Assembly (NCBI GenBank): GCA_009859145.1
Contig: VRVR01000039.1
Span: 7,909 to 71,908 of the forward strand
Origin: Andalucia godoyi And28
Taxonomy: Eukaryota; Protista; Jakobida
Direction: 5' to 3'
Length of the DNA stretch: 64,000 bases
In this document: positions 10,475 through 21,503 of the stretch, one piece after another
Layout of the letters: every line of letters starts with the position of its first letter
Numbering within the stretch: position 1 is the first letter of the stretch
The notes under the pieces: generated by a model
What the model was told of the DNA's origin: nothing
Seen by the model: only the letters and a program-made list of their open reading frames with translations
The model's database searches: none
Made by a program: the position numbers and the translations under genes

Positions 10475-11166
10475 GAAAGGCGACGAGTTGCAAAGCATCA
10501 CAGCACAACTCCTACGCTAGGATACTTCGCTAGCTGCCCAGTCGATAGGAACACAGCAGAAGGGGGGAAAGATGGAAATGGAAACTGACACTCGAGAACA
10601 GACGTGAGCGAGTTCGGGGGCAATCAAGGATAGAAACGTAACAACAGCAAAACTCCGCTTCACAGCTCTCTTGTTGAGGGAAATCTCGAGGAAGAAAAAA
10701 GCATCAGAGAGAACAGGAAAAAGAAAACAAAAGGACGACGAGGGAGGATTTTAGAGTAAAAATGTTTTTTAAAAAAAAAACCGAGGCAGCTTGAAAAGAC
10801 CAGAACCAACGGAGACCAAATGACGATGTCCGCTGCCAATCCGCAAGCTCAAAGAAGAAAGAAAATCGGAGGAGGCACTGCGAAGTCACGGTAGAATCGC
10901 ACCGGGACGCATGCCGGTCTGTCGCTCCGCTATTTCCACTTTTGGCAAGTCGAGCACCGTTTTGAGAAGTGTTGCTGTGCTTTGACGACACCGGGGATTT
11001 CCAAACTAGGCAACTCCGTATCCCAAAAATGGAAGCACCACATCTCGATTTGGCCAAATGACTGGTCATATTTGGAAAAAGACTGACATGGAATGTCAGT
11101 TTTTGTCTTTTTCTTTCTTTTCTCTCTCTTTTTTACAGTTGATTTATTTTCCACCTTTTCACCTTT

Positions 11167-11269
11167 TCATTTTATCATTTTATCATTTTATCATTTTATC
11201 ATTTTATCATTTTATCATTTTATCATTTTATCATTTTATCATTTTATCATTTTATCATTTTATCATTTT
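11167..11269. repeat. Perfect 8-nt tandem repeat (TCATTTTA) x about 13
   Basis: Directly visible, 30 nt downstream of the ABCG stop codon. Confidence 0.97.
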
Positions 11270-11298
11270 TTTAAAAAACATCTGACATTGCCATTCGC

Positions 11299-13176
11299 TT
11301 ATTTGCGGAAGCGCAGCGCGAGATAGGCAATGACACGGAATCCAATGATCATGGCGCAGAGGACCAGGGCACACTCCGTGATGGTGTACTTATCAAGACC
11401 AAGGGAGTCGATGGTGGTTTGTCCGTTCGGGATTGGGCAAACACCGTTCTTGAGCTCCGAAGGCTGGCAATTCAGCTTGAGACCAGTGAGTTCGTTGAGG
11501 GAGATTCCAACGTAAGTGTACTTGACGTAACTCAGAGCGTCCAACCAGCTGAAATAGGAGGGCAAGGCCTTCGGCGAAAGGAAGAAGCCACCAAACAAAC
11601 GGCAGATTTCCAAGAAAACAGCGAGCACCGACAAGGCCAGATTCACGCGACGGCACAACGCGGCGACCATGATGGCGAGCGAGAATGCTGCCAAGTTGCA
11701 CAGCTCCATGAATGCGAAGAATGTGAAGAACTTTGAGGCATCGTTTTGGAATCCTACCAACCAGTACACAGTCAAGCTGAACACAAGAGGATAGACCATT
11801 TGGATGATTGTCTCGGCAGTGATCTTTGCAACAAAGTATGCAGATACGAGATACGTTCCGGCCGCACGCTCGCGCAGCACAATCGCTCTTTCAGCCGGGA
11901 ACGAGTTCACACTCAGCAGCGCTCCAAATATTCCCTGGTTGATGACGCAGAAGAACAACACTGGCTGTCGCTTCGTTGTGGATACTTGACCAGTTCCAAT
12001 GTCCAAAAACACCGTACCAATCAGAACGGCCATCAGAACAGACTGGAAAAGCTGCGTTAAGAGCGTGAACCGCGCTCGCAACACATTCTTTGCACAGCGA
12101 ACCGTCAGCACACAAAACTGCTGCCACCAAGTCGGCCGATTCTTTTTCAGTAGCCCATTCTTGCCATTCTCCTGGTCGAATGCCAGAGCTGCGTTTTGAG
12201 GAATGAGAACGACTGACGAGGCATCCGCGTTACCGTTGGTCTGGGAGCTGGGCTGTTCCTTGGAGGACACCGTCGGGCGCTTGCCGTTGGTGATTATCTT
12301 CTTTGCATTGGCGTCTGCAACAATGGCATCCTCCGGCTTGACGGCGTTGATGACATCCAAGACGAAATCCGCGGGGTTGGTATGGTCGGGGCAGTCGAAA
12401 CCAGCAGAGGCGTAGAATGCAAGAACCTCGTTTGCAGGTCCGTGGTAGAGCACCTGTCCCTTGTGGAGGATCAGAAGATCGTCAAACAAGGAAAAGATCT
12501 TGGTCTGCGGCTGATGGATGGTGCAGACTACTGTGCAAGTTCCCGAGTGCGCAAGATCCTGCAAGGATTCCATAAGAGAAAGAGCCGTAGAGGAGTCGAG
12601 TCCGGAAGTTGGCTCGTCCAGGAAGAGCAGACGAGGTCTTTGCAGCAGCTCGACTCCGACGCAGAGGCGCTTTCGCTCACCACCGGAAATGCCACGGTGC
12701 TCATCGTTACCGACACGGGTATCTGCACAGGCCGAAAGTCCGAGTTGCCGAATGACTTCTTCTACGCGCTCGTCCTTGTCCTCCTTGCTGATTGTTTCGG
12801 GAAGACGGAGATATGCCGCATAGCGGAGAGATTCCCTGACAGACAAATGAGGGAACATTAGGTCGTCTTGCATCACATATCCGGCCACACGCTTCATGTC
12901 GTGAAGCTCGTACTCCTCTCCGTCCATCCGGATGGATCCGGTCTGAAGCCGTGCCTGGTTCATTCGGCACGCAAGAAGATTCATAAGAGTGGTCTTCCCA
13001 GCACCAGACGATCCAATGATTGCCAGCATTCGGTTCTGCGCTTGGCCGCAAATGTTTCGAAGCAAGACAACTTTTCCGCTTTCCGTCACCACAGTCACAT
13101 CCTCCCACGACAACGCAGCTCCCGAGCCATTCGCTGCGCCATTCAGTTCATCCTGAGAAATTGCTGATTGCATCAT
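11299..13176 (-). CDS. ABCG (White-like) half-transporter, 625 aa
   Basis: Walker A GSSGAGKTT, signature ISGGERKR, Walker B LFLDEPTSGLD, H-loop CTIHQP. The NBD precedes a six-helix TMD. Confidence 0.96.
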   Translation of the reverse strand: MMQSAISQDELNGAANGSGAALSWEDVTVVTESGKVVLLRNICGQAQNRMLAIIGSSGAGKTTLMNLLACRMNQARLQTGSIRMDGEEYELHDMKRVAGYVMQDDLMFPHLSVRESLRYAAYLRLPETISKEDKDERVEEVIRQLGLSACADTRVGNDEHRGISGGERKRLCVGVELLQRPRLLFLDEPTSGLDSSTALSLMESLQDLAHSGTCTVVCTIHQPQTKIFSLFDDLLILHKGQVLYHGPANEVLAFYASAGFDCPDHTNPADFVLDVINAVKPEDAIVADANAKKIITNGKRPTVSSKEQPSSQTNGNADASSVVLIPQNAALAFDQENGKNGLLKKNRPTWWQQFCVLTVRCAKNVLRARFTLLTQLFQSVLMAVLIGTVFLDIGTGQVSTTKRQPVLFFCVINQGIFGALLSVNSFPAERAIVLRERAAGTYLVSAYFVAKITAETIIQMVYPLVFSLTVYWLVGFQNDASKFFTFFAFMELCNLAAFSLAIMVAALCRRVNLALSVLAVFLEICRLFGGFFLSPKALPSYFSWLDALSYVKYTYVGISLNELTGLKLNCQPSELKNGVCPIPNGQTTIDSLGLDKYTITECALVLCAMIIGFRVIAYLALRFRK

Positions 13177-14293
13177 TTCTACTTTCCAATGCCGTGGTTC
13201 TTTTTTGATTTCTTACAGGGAAGAGCAAAAGAAAGAGGGGAGGGAGGAGGAAGAAGAAGAAAGAGAAGGGGTGAAAAGGCGAAAACAGCGAGGAACGACT
13301 TTTAAAAGAGATTCCGCTAGAGGCCGGAGATGCTCCGGGGCACCGTCGTTGCTCTATTGTCGTAAGCATCCTGGACGTGTACCACGTTAAGGCACTCCCT
13401 TCAAGAGTGGAACGAGAATTTCCAAACAAGAACGGCACTGTGCGGGCAGACATCCCTCCGATTCAAAACAAGCCTCGTCCGTTACCTTTTATGGATCCAA
13501 TTTTTGCCGATCCTCTCCATACTCGATTCCAAAATGACCGAGTTGCTCGGATGCCGATCAAAACCGCACCCAAGCCTCCGACGGAAGTGAGGAATCCCTT
13601 TTCTTTTCTTTTTTTTTTTGGGGGGGGGAGGGTTGGACGCACGGAAAATTCCAATGGGCGTTTCCCTGCGGTGTTTCTTTTTCCCCCCAACGACACGCAG
13701 GGTTCCCACACCTCCTTGAGAAACAATGTGTGGGAAATACCAGTGTTTGGAGGAGGGGAGAGGGAAGCAGACTCGTCTGGAGAGCGATCACAACAGCGAC
13801 GACAACGGACGCCTTGATGGGGCCTATCGTTCTTCTGGAGGCATTCAAGCTTCGGAAGCCAAGCAGTGCATCCTCAACACACCTGTTTGTTCGTTTCCGC
13901 GTCCCGCACCAAACATGGAATTGACGGGTTGCAAGTATCTTGTGCTTTCCATGTCGTGTGTTCCTTCTGCATAGCACGCAGTTCCCCTTTTCAGGACCAA
14001 TTAAACAAAATGGAAGCCTGTCGTACCACCAAATGCTTTCACTCCGGCCCCCAACCACTCCACTGATTGTCGAGTGTCGACTGGACAGCGACTGCGGATT
14101 GATCAGGTCTGTTCATTTGTTTTGATTGATACGTCAAATCTTTCTTGTTTCCCTTGTTTCCCCTTATATTCTGCATTTGTAACACTGTCTTTTGCTTATC
14201 ATCATTATTCATCATTTTATTACAATGTTTTCTTAATTTTTTTTTTTTACTTCTTCATTTTTTCCCCCTCTTTCCTTTCCCCTCTTCTCTTTT

Positions 14294-15391
14294 ATGATTC
14301 CGCGCGCTCGGAGCAAACTTCGTCTATCCAGTTCCTCTTCCTACTCGCCTGTCCAGTCGGACTCTGCAGAACTGTTCCCGATTCTCGATTCCGCCACATC
14401 CACGACTGTCGCCATGAGCACAATGCGCAAGTTCCTGTCGGAGCATTTCTGTGTTCCGGTGCCCGTGCTTTTCCCTACACGGTGGTTTGTAAAGTCGTAC
14501 ATCATCGACTGGGCTACCGTGTTTGTCATATTTGTAGTGATGATTTTCTTCAACCAGGTTGCTGCTCCCAGATCACGGTACATCCAGTCGGAGCCGCGTG
14601 ACGCAGCATACGGGTATCCCTTTCAACATTCGGAAATAGTGCCTGTGTGGCTGCTGCTGATGTTCACGCTGGCCGTTCCGCTGGTTTCGTTCACTTTCTT
14701 CAATGCCGTGTACTATCGGTCTCTGCACGACATGCATCACGCGACAACTGGCCTGTGCTTTTCTGTTGTCGTCGCAAACATCATCGTGGACATCGTAAAG
14801 GTGTCGGTAGGGTACTACCGCCCAGACTACTGGTCGCGTGTCGACAACGGGTCTCTGGTAGTCGAGGGCCGCAAGTCATGGCCTTCGGGACATGCGGAGC
14901 TCTCGTTTACAGGCCTCGTGTATCTTTCGCTGTACATGTCTGCAAAGCTTGGTCTGTTTCGGAAAGACCGCGGCTCGGCTCCTTTCTGGCGAGCGCTGCT
15001 GTGCGCGTCTCCTGTCTCTTTGGCGGTCTTCACAGCGGCGTCACGCGTGGTCGATTATCGACACCATCCCGCGGATGTCATCACGGGTGCAGTCATCGGA
15101 TCCATGATTGCAATCTGGGGGTATTTCGTCAACTATCCTTCGCTGTTTGACCCCTTTGCACATCTCCCGCTCTCCAGACACCCAGACTACTTCTTGTGGC
15201 TGCAGAAGACCTGGACGCATCCGCAAAATGCAGCCATGGTGCTCATGAATCTTGCCCCGTACTTCCAACAAGTCACCTCGACCACCGAAACGCTGGGATC
15301 CACCGCACTCCTTTCTTCGAGTCGTGACATTGAGCGTGGGAACATCATCCTCGACTTCCCCGCACCGTCCTCGACTCCGCAGCCAACATGA
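14294..15391 (+). CDS. PAP2-family lipid phosphate phosphatase, 365 aa
   Basis: Three PAP2 motifs (KVSVGYYRP, PSGH, SRVVDYRHHPADV) and multiple TM helices. Confidence 0.93.
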   Translation: MIPRARSKLRLSSSSSYSPVQSDSAELFPILDSATSTTVAMSTMRKFLSEHFCVPVPVLFPTRWFVKSYIIDWATVFVIFVVMIFFNQVAAPRSRYIQSEPRDAAYGYPFQHSEIVPVWLLLMFTLAVPLVSFTFFNAVYYRSLHDMHHATTGLCFSVVVANIIVDIVKVSVGYYRPDYWSRVDNGSLVVEGRKSWPSGHAELSFTGLVYLSLYMSAKLGLFRKDRGSAPFWRALLCASPVSLAVFTAASRVVDYRHHPADVITGAVIGSMIAIWGYFVNYPSLFDPFAHLPLSRHPDYFLWLQKTWTHPQNAAMVLMNLAPYFQQVTSTTETLGSTALLSSSRDIERGNIILDFPAPSSTPQPT

Positions 15392-15592
15392 TCGCAGCTC
15401 GCGTATTCATGATTGTTCCTGCTCTCTTCACCGCTTCGATCTCCTCTTCAGCCTTTTGACTTCGCCATCACAGGAAAAAAGCCAGCGTAAATGAATTTAA
15501 TTTGTTGTTGCTTATTACTACGAGTATCACTGTTGAACACAAGAATGCGCTTCATTTACAATTTCCGAAACAGATTTTCTAAAAGTATGAAA

Positions 15593-15646
15593 AAAGAAGT
15601 GAAAGAAGAGAAAGAAGAGAAAGAAGTGAAAGAAGAGAAAGAAGAG
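15593..15646. repeat. 9-nt repeat AAAGAAG(A/T)G x6, arranged as two 27-nt units
   Basis: Directly visible in the convergent spacer between PAP2 and mS33. Confidence 0.9.
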
Positions 15647-15719
15647 AAAGAGGACTTCCCTGTCTATCGACGGCCAGGAAGCACGTGTGTAATGAATGAC
15701 AAGACATGGAAAGAAACGA

Positions 15720-15989
15720 CTACTTCTTCTTTCCAGACGACGCTCTCTTTCCTTCTCCCTTCTTGACAGTCTTGCCCTTCTTTTTCCTTCTCATCGTCGC
15801 GAGATCTGCACGCGCTCTTTGCGGATCCTTGAACTGGGTGTCGCCGAGCAGCTCGATCGCGGGCGGATACCACGACAGAATCTGCGGACCCGCAAGCGAC
15901 TTTCGCAATACCTTGTTTCCTGATCGAAGTCCATTTCCTACTACATTGCCAAAAATACGAGCTGCAGTCGCCGCAAACAGCGTCGACAT
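15720..15989 (-). CDS. MRPS33: Mitochondrial ribosomal protein mS33 (Rsm27), 89 aa
   Basis: RIFG...RSGNKVLRKSLAGPQILSWYP...RRKKKGK matches the mS33 pattern. Confidence 0.85.
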   Translation of the reverse strand: MSTLFAATAARIFGNVVGNGLRSGNKVLRKSLAGPQILSWYPPAIELLGDTQFKDPQRARADLATMRRKKKGKTVKKGEGKRASSGKKK

Positions 15990-16478
15990 TCCTTCCTGCT
16001 GGTTTTCGGGTACTGCAAAAAAAAAAAAAAGAAAGGAAAAAGAAACAAAAGAAGAATAAGAAAAACTCCAAAACCACCAAAATCAAAAACAATCCGTGAT
16101 TATTGACCTTTGGTGAAATGCGAAAGGACCAAACCTTAGTAAGCAATGCAGTAATGAATCATGAAATGGAAAATTGCTGCTTCTCTTTCGTTTTTCCTTC
16201 TTGCTCCAACACAACAGTAGATGCTCTTCTTTGCAAGGGTTGTGTATTCTAATGAGCACAACACAAAAATTACAAAAAAACCTCAGGAATCTAGGGTTTC
16301 CGGGTTTCCCCCTCTACATACACGCGCAGTCCCATCTGCTGTAGTGCTCCCCCTTTCCGTTTTCCTTCTGCTTCCCAGAAAAGTCCTCACAACGCCTCTC
16401 TTTTTTCTCCTCGTTGGGCTGGCTCCTCTTTCACGTCCATTTCTACGCCTTTGATTCTTCTCATCATTCTTGTTGGTC

Positions 16479-16482
<4 letters not shown>

Positions 16483-16546
<64 letters not shown>
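16483..16546. repeat. (AT)32 microsatellite
   Basis: Directly visible upstream of SF-assemblin. Shorter (AT)n tracts lie near 27165-27187 and 63856-63890. Confidence 0.97.
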
Positions 16547-16550
<4 letters not shown>

Positions 16551-16615
16551 TTCCTTTCACCTCACCCCCTCTTTCGCTGTGCTGGCTGCCTTCTTCTCGA
16601 AACCTTATTTAAAGA

Positions 16616-17578
16616 ATGAACAGTTCGCGCGGTGAGAGTTCATTTTACGCGTCCAGCGGTCTTCCTCCGCACTTTGCGAGCTCATCGTTGTCGTCGTCGT
16701 CGTCGTCGTCGTCGTCTCATTCGCAGTATTCGCATCATTCGCAACATCAAATGCAACCGCAGCCGCTGAATGTGTCGAATGCGTCTGCTTCGAATCGCCG
16801 GTTTGAGTCGCCAAACCGCGCCAGGATAGCACAGCTGGCAAACAAGCTGAGTGGACTGCAGTCGAACCTCGAGGATGACAAGCAGCATCGTGTGGAAGCG
16901 ATTGAAGCGCGGCTGCGGACGACGGACGATCGGATCAATGCTCTTTTGTCAACTCAGGATAAGCGTCTGTTGCAGATCCGTGACGCAGTGTCACAGGCCG
17001 AGCGCGCTCTTGATGAAGAACGCAGAGCCCGCGAGGTGCTGTCGGAAGCCAAGGGCCGGGATGTTGCGGCCACAGACCTGAGGCTTCAGAGCGAGCTTGA
17101 TGGACTCGTCAAGGTTCGAAAGGAGTCTGAAAACAGAGTTCTTGCGATCTTGGACGATAAGATCCGGTCGCTGGTGATGGAGTTTAGCGCGTCAAACAGC
17201 AGCAGCAGCAGCAACTCGGGTCATCATCACTCTCATCATTCCCATCATGGGGCGACGACGCTATTTGGGGGGGTTGCGTTGGATGCAAGCAGAATCCGAG
17301 AGGCAGTTGCAATGGAAAAGTCAGCGCGCGAAGACGCAGAAAACAAGCTGATCCAGACTATCTCCGCCGAGCTTGCAGAGTTGGCGGAGTTGGCGGAGCA
17401 GGAACGCAGAACTCGCGAGCGGGCAGAGGACGCGCTGGTGCGGATGTTGCAGGATGCTGGAAACAGACTTGTTAGCGAGCTCGACGCGGAAAAGAGAGAC
17501 AGGCAAGAAACCGAAGAAACATTGCTGGCTCTTTTGGAAGACACGTGCGTCAAGATCAACGAAGCCAACGCCTTTTGA
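16616..17578 (+). CDS. SF-assemblin/beta-giardin family striated-fibre protein, 320 aa
   Basis: Short Ser/Pro-rich head, then a segmented coiled coil ending in RDRQETEETLLALLEDTCVKI, typical of SF-assemblins. Confidence 0.88.
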   Translation: MNSSRGESSFYASSGLPPHFASSSLSSSSSSSSSHSQYSHHSQHQMQPQPLNVSNASASNRRFESPNRARIAQLANKLSGLQSNLEDDKQHRVEAIEARLRTTDDRINALLSTQDKRLLQIRDAVSQAERALDEERRAREVLSEAKGRDVAATDLRLQSELDGLVKVRKESENRVLAILDDKIRSLVMEFSASNSSSSSNSGHHHSHHSHHGATTLFGGVALDASRIREAVAMEKSAREDAENKLIQTISAELAELAELAEQERRTRERAEDALVRMLQDAGNRLVSELDAEKRDRQETEETLLALLEDTCVKINEANAF

Positions 17579-17672
17579 ACAACCTTTCCATTTTATTTTT
17601 TTAATATTTCTCAATCCTTTCTTTCTTCTTGTTTGTGTTTTTTGTATAGTGTTGGCTTGTTCATTGTTGTGT

Positions 17673-17674
<2 letters not shown>

Positions 17675-17706
<32 letters not shown>
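17675..17706. repeat. (GT)16 microsatellite
   Basis: Directly visible. Confidence 0.95.
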
Positions 17707-17707
<1 letters not shown>

Positions 17708-17864
17708 GGCATGATCGTTCAAAATATGAGTGGGTGTGTTGCGTCGCCTCGTTGGTTTTTCTTTTTTGATCTTTGTGTAATCGTGTTTTATGTTTGATGG
17801 ATTCAAATTGAATAAATAATTTTTTTTTCTGTTGGGAGAGCGGAAGAGGACGACGGTTCATGCG

Positions 17865-18152
17865 TCATGAAAGCTTCAGGATCTGCTGCGGATGCTGGTG
17901 TTGCTTGTCCTTGTGCACAGATTTGCGACGAAGCTCAATGAGCGATTTCAGATATGTAGGATCCATCGAGCGGAAAACACGGAGCGCGCCCAGCCGAGAG
18001 AAGATGCAAAAGGAGGCGCCCGTCGCGTCCGGCATACCCGAAACAAACGATACACACGCGGGCTCAACATCCAGACCGTAGTCCCGTTCTGCAGCCTCTT
18101 TTCGTTTCCGCTTGACATTATCCGAGCGCGCCGCAGTCGTTCGAGTCCTCAT
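17865..18152 (-). CDS. Hypothetical small protein, about 95 aa
   Basis: ATG-started ORF filling a GC-balanced block between AT-rich spacers, with a basic patch KRKRK. No family recognised. Confidence 0.4.
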   Translation of the reverse strand: MRTRTTAARSDNVKRKRKEAAERDYGLDVEPACVSFVSGMPDATGASFCIFSRLGALRVFRSMDPTYLKSLIELRRKSVHKDKQHQHPQQILKLS

Positions 18153-18971
18153 CGCGCAATCACACAGTCTCGTCTCGTCTCGTCTCATCTCGGCGTCGGT
18201 AACCCAACGCACCCCCACACACACCCACACGCTGCATATATACCGGTATCTCAAGGACAAGCAAGAGTTTGTGCACATTTTTTTAAAAAGAAGACGTGAG
18301 ACTTTGATGCAAGCACATCTTGAGGGAAAACCGAGAGTGGCGCGCTGACAGCGAGTCATGACACACCACCTCTGACATTTTTTGGATTTTGCAGCGCCTT
18401 ACGCACCAAACCCATTACCCTCGTTCATGTTTCGTGTCGATTTTCTTCTTCTTCTTCCTTCTTCCCACTCTCTCTGTCTTCTTTTTCCTTTTCCTTTCTT
18501 TCTTCCCTTTCCTTCCTTTCTTCCTTTCTTCCTTTCTTCCTTTCTTCCTTCTCTTTCTCTCTTTTCTCACCAAAAACAAAAACAAAAAGACAGTCTTGCT
18601 CTCTTTGCATTCTCTGCATTTCTCGGATCGTCTTCCTTAGCCCGGAATCCGACTCGGACAAGCACACCCCTGCTGTTTTCATCATATTATTTTTTGTTTC
18701 GTTTCGTTTCTCCACAGGAAACTTGTGACAATCACTCTTTCTCAGCTCGCAACTCGCATCGCGCAACGTGCAACACACACTCTCGCACTCACACTCACAC
18801 TCACACCTACTCTCTGTGTACAGATTTTTTCTGATTTTCATCGCTTCGCCGTCTTCCCGATCTGTGTCGTCTTGTTGTTATCAGCGCAATTTCCCGCCTC
18901 TTTCCGCTTGTCAAGTTTAGTTTGTATTTTTGATTTCCAGGTATTCCCTCTACTGTGCTACCACGTAATCC

Positions 18972-20186
18972 ATGGCATCATCCTCAGCAGCAGCAGCAGC
19001 CCAGCAGGTTGTGCGGGACACTCGCATCAAGACTGCTGATGTGACTGCTACCAAAGGCCACGAATTCGAGGACTATGCCCTGAAGCGCGACTTGCTCAAG
19101 GGCATTTTCGAAGTTGGATTCGAAAAGCCGTCGCCTGTGCAGGAGGAGGCCATCCCAATGGCCCTTGCAGGCCGTGATATCCTTGCGCGTGCCAAGAACG
19201 GCACGGGAAAGACCGCTGCGTACTGTATTCCTGTGTTGGAGCGTTTGGATACGACGATTCCTACCATCCAGTCCCTCATTCTCGTTCCCACGCGTGAACT
19301 TGCGCTCCAGGTTGCGTCTGTTTTGAAGAACCTCGGAAAATATCTCGGTGTCGAAGTCATGTCCACTACTGGTGGAACGTCCTTGAAGGACGACATCGTT
19401 CGTCTGTACGGCACCGTGCACGTGCTCGTCGCAACTCCGGGTCGTGTGCTGGATCTGGCGCAGAAGCGCGTTGCCAACTTGGACAAGTGCGGTGTTTTGG
19501 TCATGGACGAGGCCGACAAACTATTGTCTCCGGAATTCCAGCCTGTGATCGAGTCCATCCTGGCGCTGCTTCCTGCGAGCCGCCAGATTTCGCTGTTTTC
19601 CGCCACTTACCCAGTTATGGTCAAAGCATTTGCTGAAAAGTATCTTCGCAAGCCGCACGTCGTCAATCTTATGGAAGAACTCACGCTGAAGGGAGTTACG
19701 CAGTATTATGCGTTCGTCGAGGAACGGCAGAAGGTACACTGCCTGAACACGCTCTTCTCGAAACTCGAAATCAACCAGTCCATCATTTTTTGCAATTCTG
19801 TCCAGCGCGTTGAACTGCTGGCAAAGAAGATTACCGATCTCGGATACAGTTGCTTCTACATCCATGCGAAAATGCCGCAGCAGGAAAGAAACCGAGTGTT
19901 CCATGATTTCCGCTCGGGTGCATGCCGAAACCTTGTCTGCTCGGACTTGGTGGCTCGCGGAATTGATATTCAGGCCGTCAACGTTGTCATCAATTTTGAT
20001 TTCCCAAAAACCGCTGAAACGTACTTGCACCGCATCGGTCGTTCTGGTCGCTTTGGACATCTTGGTCTTGCAATCAACTTTGTTACATTCGAAGACCGCT
20101 TCTCGCTCTTCAAGATTGAGCAGGAACTTGGAACGGAAATCAAGCCTATTCCCCCAGAGATCGACAAGCGGCTTTATGTCGCATGA
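18972..20186 (+). CDS. DDX6: DEAD-box RNA helicase DDX6/Dhh1, 404 aa
   Basis: [54 protein letters not shown]. Very close to the DDX6 pattern throughout. Confidence 0.97.
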   Translation: MASSSAAAAAQQVVRDTRIKTADVTATKGHEFEDYALKRDLLKGIFEVGFEKPSPVQEEAIPMALAGRDILARAKNGTGKTAAYCIPVLERLDTTIPTIQSLILVPTRELALQVASVLKNLGKYLGVEVMSTTGGTSLKDDIVRLYGTVHVLVATPGRVLDLAQKRVANLDKCGVLVMDEADKLLSPEFQPVIESILALLPASRQISLFSATYPVMVKAFAEKYLRKPHVVNLMEELTLKGVTQYYAFVEERQKVHCLNTLFSKLEINQSIIFCNSVQRVELLAKKITDLGYSCFYIHAKMPQQERNRVFHDFRSGACRNLVCSDLVARGIDIQAVNVVINFDFPKTAETYLHRIGRSGRFGHLGLAINFVTFEDRFSLFKIEQELGTEIKPIPPEIDKRLYVA

Positions 20187-20503
20187 TCTCCATGCCCGCA
20201 CGACTGACCTCGTTTCTCCTTGTGTCCGAGCGTTTTTCTTCCCTTTTCCTTTCCTTTTCCTTTTCCATCATCATCTTTTTCTTTTTTTCTTTTTCTTTTT
20301 CTTTTTCTTTTTTTCTTTTTTTTTTTTTTTTTGGGATGAAATAGATGATGAAGAGCAGCAGCTTGAGCTTGCTTCCTTTCCTTTCCTTTCCTTTCCTTTC
20401 CTTTCCTTCTTTTTACGCAGTAAAGTCGCTCGTCTTTGTCTACAGTCGCTCCCTCAATGTCGTGCAAATGCATGAGACAATTCTCTTCGCCATTCACTCG
20501 GAT

Positions 20504-21247
20504 TCACTCGTCGTCGAACTCCGGCTGTTTCAGAGGTACGTCAATTGTGTGCATGTTGGGATTGCTGGAGCCTGGGTTTCCTGCGGTGTCGTCGTCCTCC
20601 TCGATTCCCTCGATGCGAAATCTCGGCATCAGTCGCGCAACTGTGCTTCTTGCTGGGTCGACGACGAGGATTGTCTTACGAACGGCGGTGGCCAGCCGGA
20701 CCAGTCGCTGCAGCATCGTCCAGCTCATGTTTGGATCCACGCACACCTTGACCATGTATTTGGAGTGATCAAACCCCGGGCCGCGGGCGTACAGCACAAA
20801 GTCCGCGCCAAACTTGGATCCGCGCTTGACAATCCAGCCGCGATTGGTGAACATCTCAAACACTTCATATAGAATCGTCGATGGCCGTTGGTCCCGGTGT
20901 GGCGGAAATGCCGCATCAAGCGCAAACAATCGAGGGAAGCGACAGATCAGAAACCGGCATTCCATCCAATCGAGAACCAGTTGTGCAGCAGGATTCGCGA
21001 GAGACGTGTTGAAGAAGCCGAACTGCGTAACTTCAAACAACCACGTCACAATCGCACCGTGTTCAGACAAGGTCAGAACCCCAACGTTCGCCTCACAGGA
21101 AACGTGAATGACACACGGGAATGCACAGGACTCTTGGTTTGGATCGAGAATGCATAAGACACGCTCAAAGCGCGAAAACCGGTCATCCTGCTCCTCCTGC
21201 TTCACGGCTGTTGATGCGGCGGCGACGACTCCTACTCCTACATCCAT
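20504..21247 (-). CDS. TSEN2: tRNA-splicing endonuclease catalytic subunit Sen2, 247 aa
   Basis: RGWIVKRGSKFGADFVLYARGPGFDHSKY...VRK retains the Tyr-His-Lys triad. GP-x-F-x-H favours Sen2 over Sen34. ATG at 21247. Confidence 0.85.
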   Translation of the reverse strand: MDVGVGVVAAASTAVKQEEQDDRFSRFERVLCILDPNQESCAFPCVIHVSCEANVGVLTLSEHGAIVTWLFEVTQFGFFNTSLANPAAQLVLDWMECRFLICRFPRLFALDAAFPPHRDQRPSTILYEVFEMFTNRGWIVKRGSKFGADFVLYARGPGFDHSKYMVKVCVDPNMSWTMLQRLVRLATAVRKTILVVDPARSTVARLMPRFRIEGIEEDDDTAGNPGSSNPNMHTIDVPLKQPEFDDE

Positions 21248-21418
21248 CCACAAACTCAGCTTGTGCCGCTGTCCCAAACAACAAACAACAAACAACAAAC
21301 AACAAGCAACAAACAAGAATGATAAAATTGGACTCAAAAACGATTCCGGCAATTTTCTGCAACTCTTTGAAGCATTTTATCAAGCAGATTTTATTTATTT
21401 ATTTATTGTTATTAATTT

Positions 21419-21503
21419 TTTTGTTTTGTTTTGTTTTGTTTTGGTTTGTTTTGTTTTGTTTTGTTTTGCTTTGCTTTGCTTTGTTTTGTGTTGTTTTGTG
21501 TTG
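21419..21503. repeat. Degenerate (TTTTG)n / (CTTTG)n microsatellite
   Basis: Directly visible upstream of Sen2. Confidence 0.9.

Noticed and set aside
11167-11269. CRISPR-like array
   Set aside because: Contiguous 8-nt units with no spacers, in a eukaryotic context.
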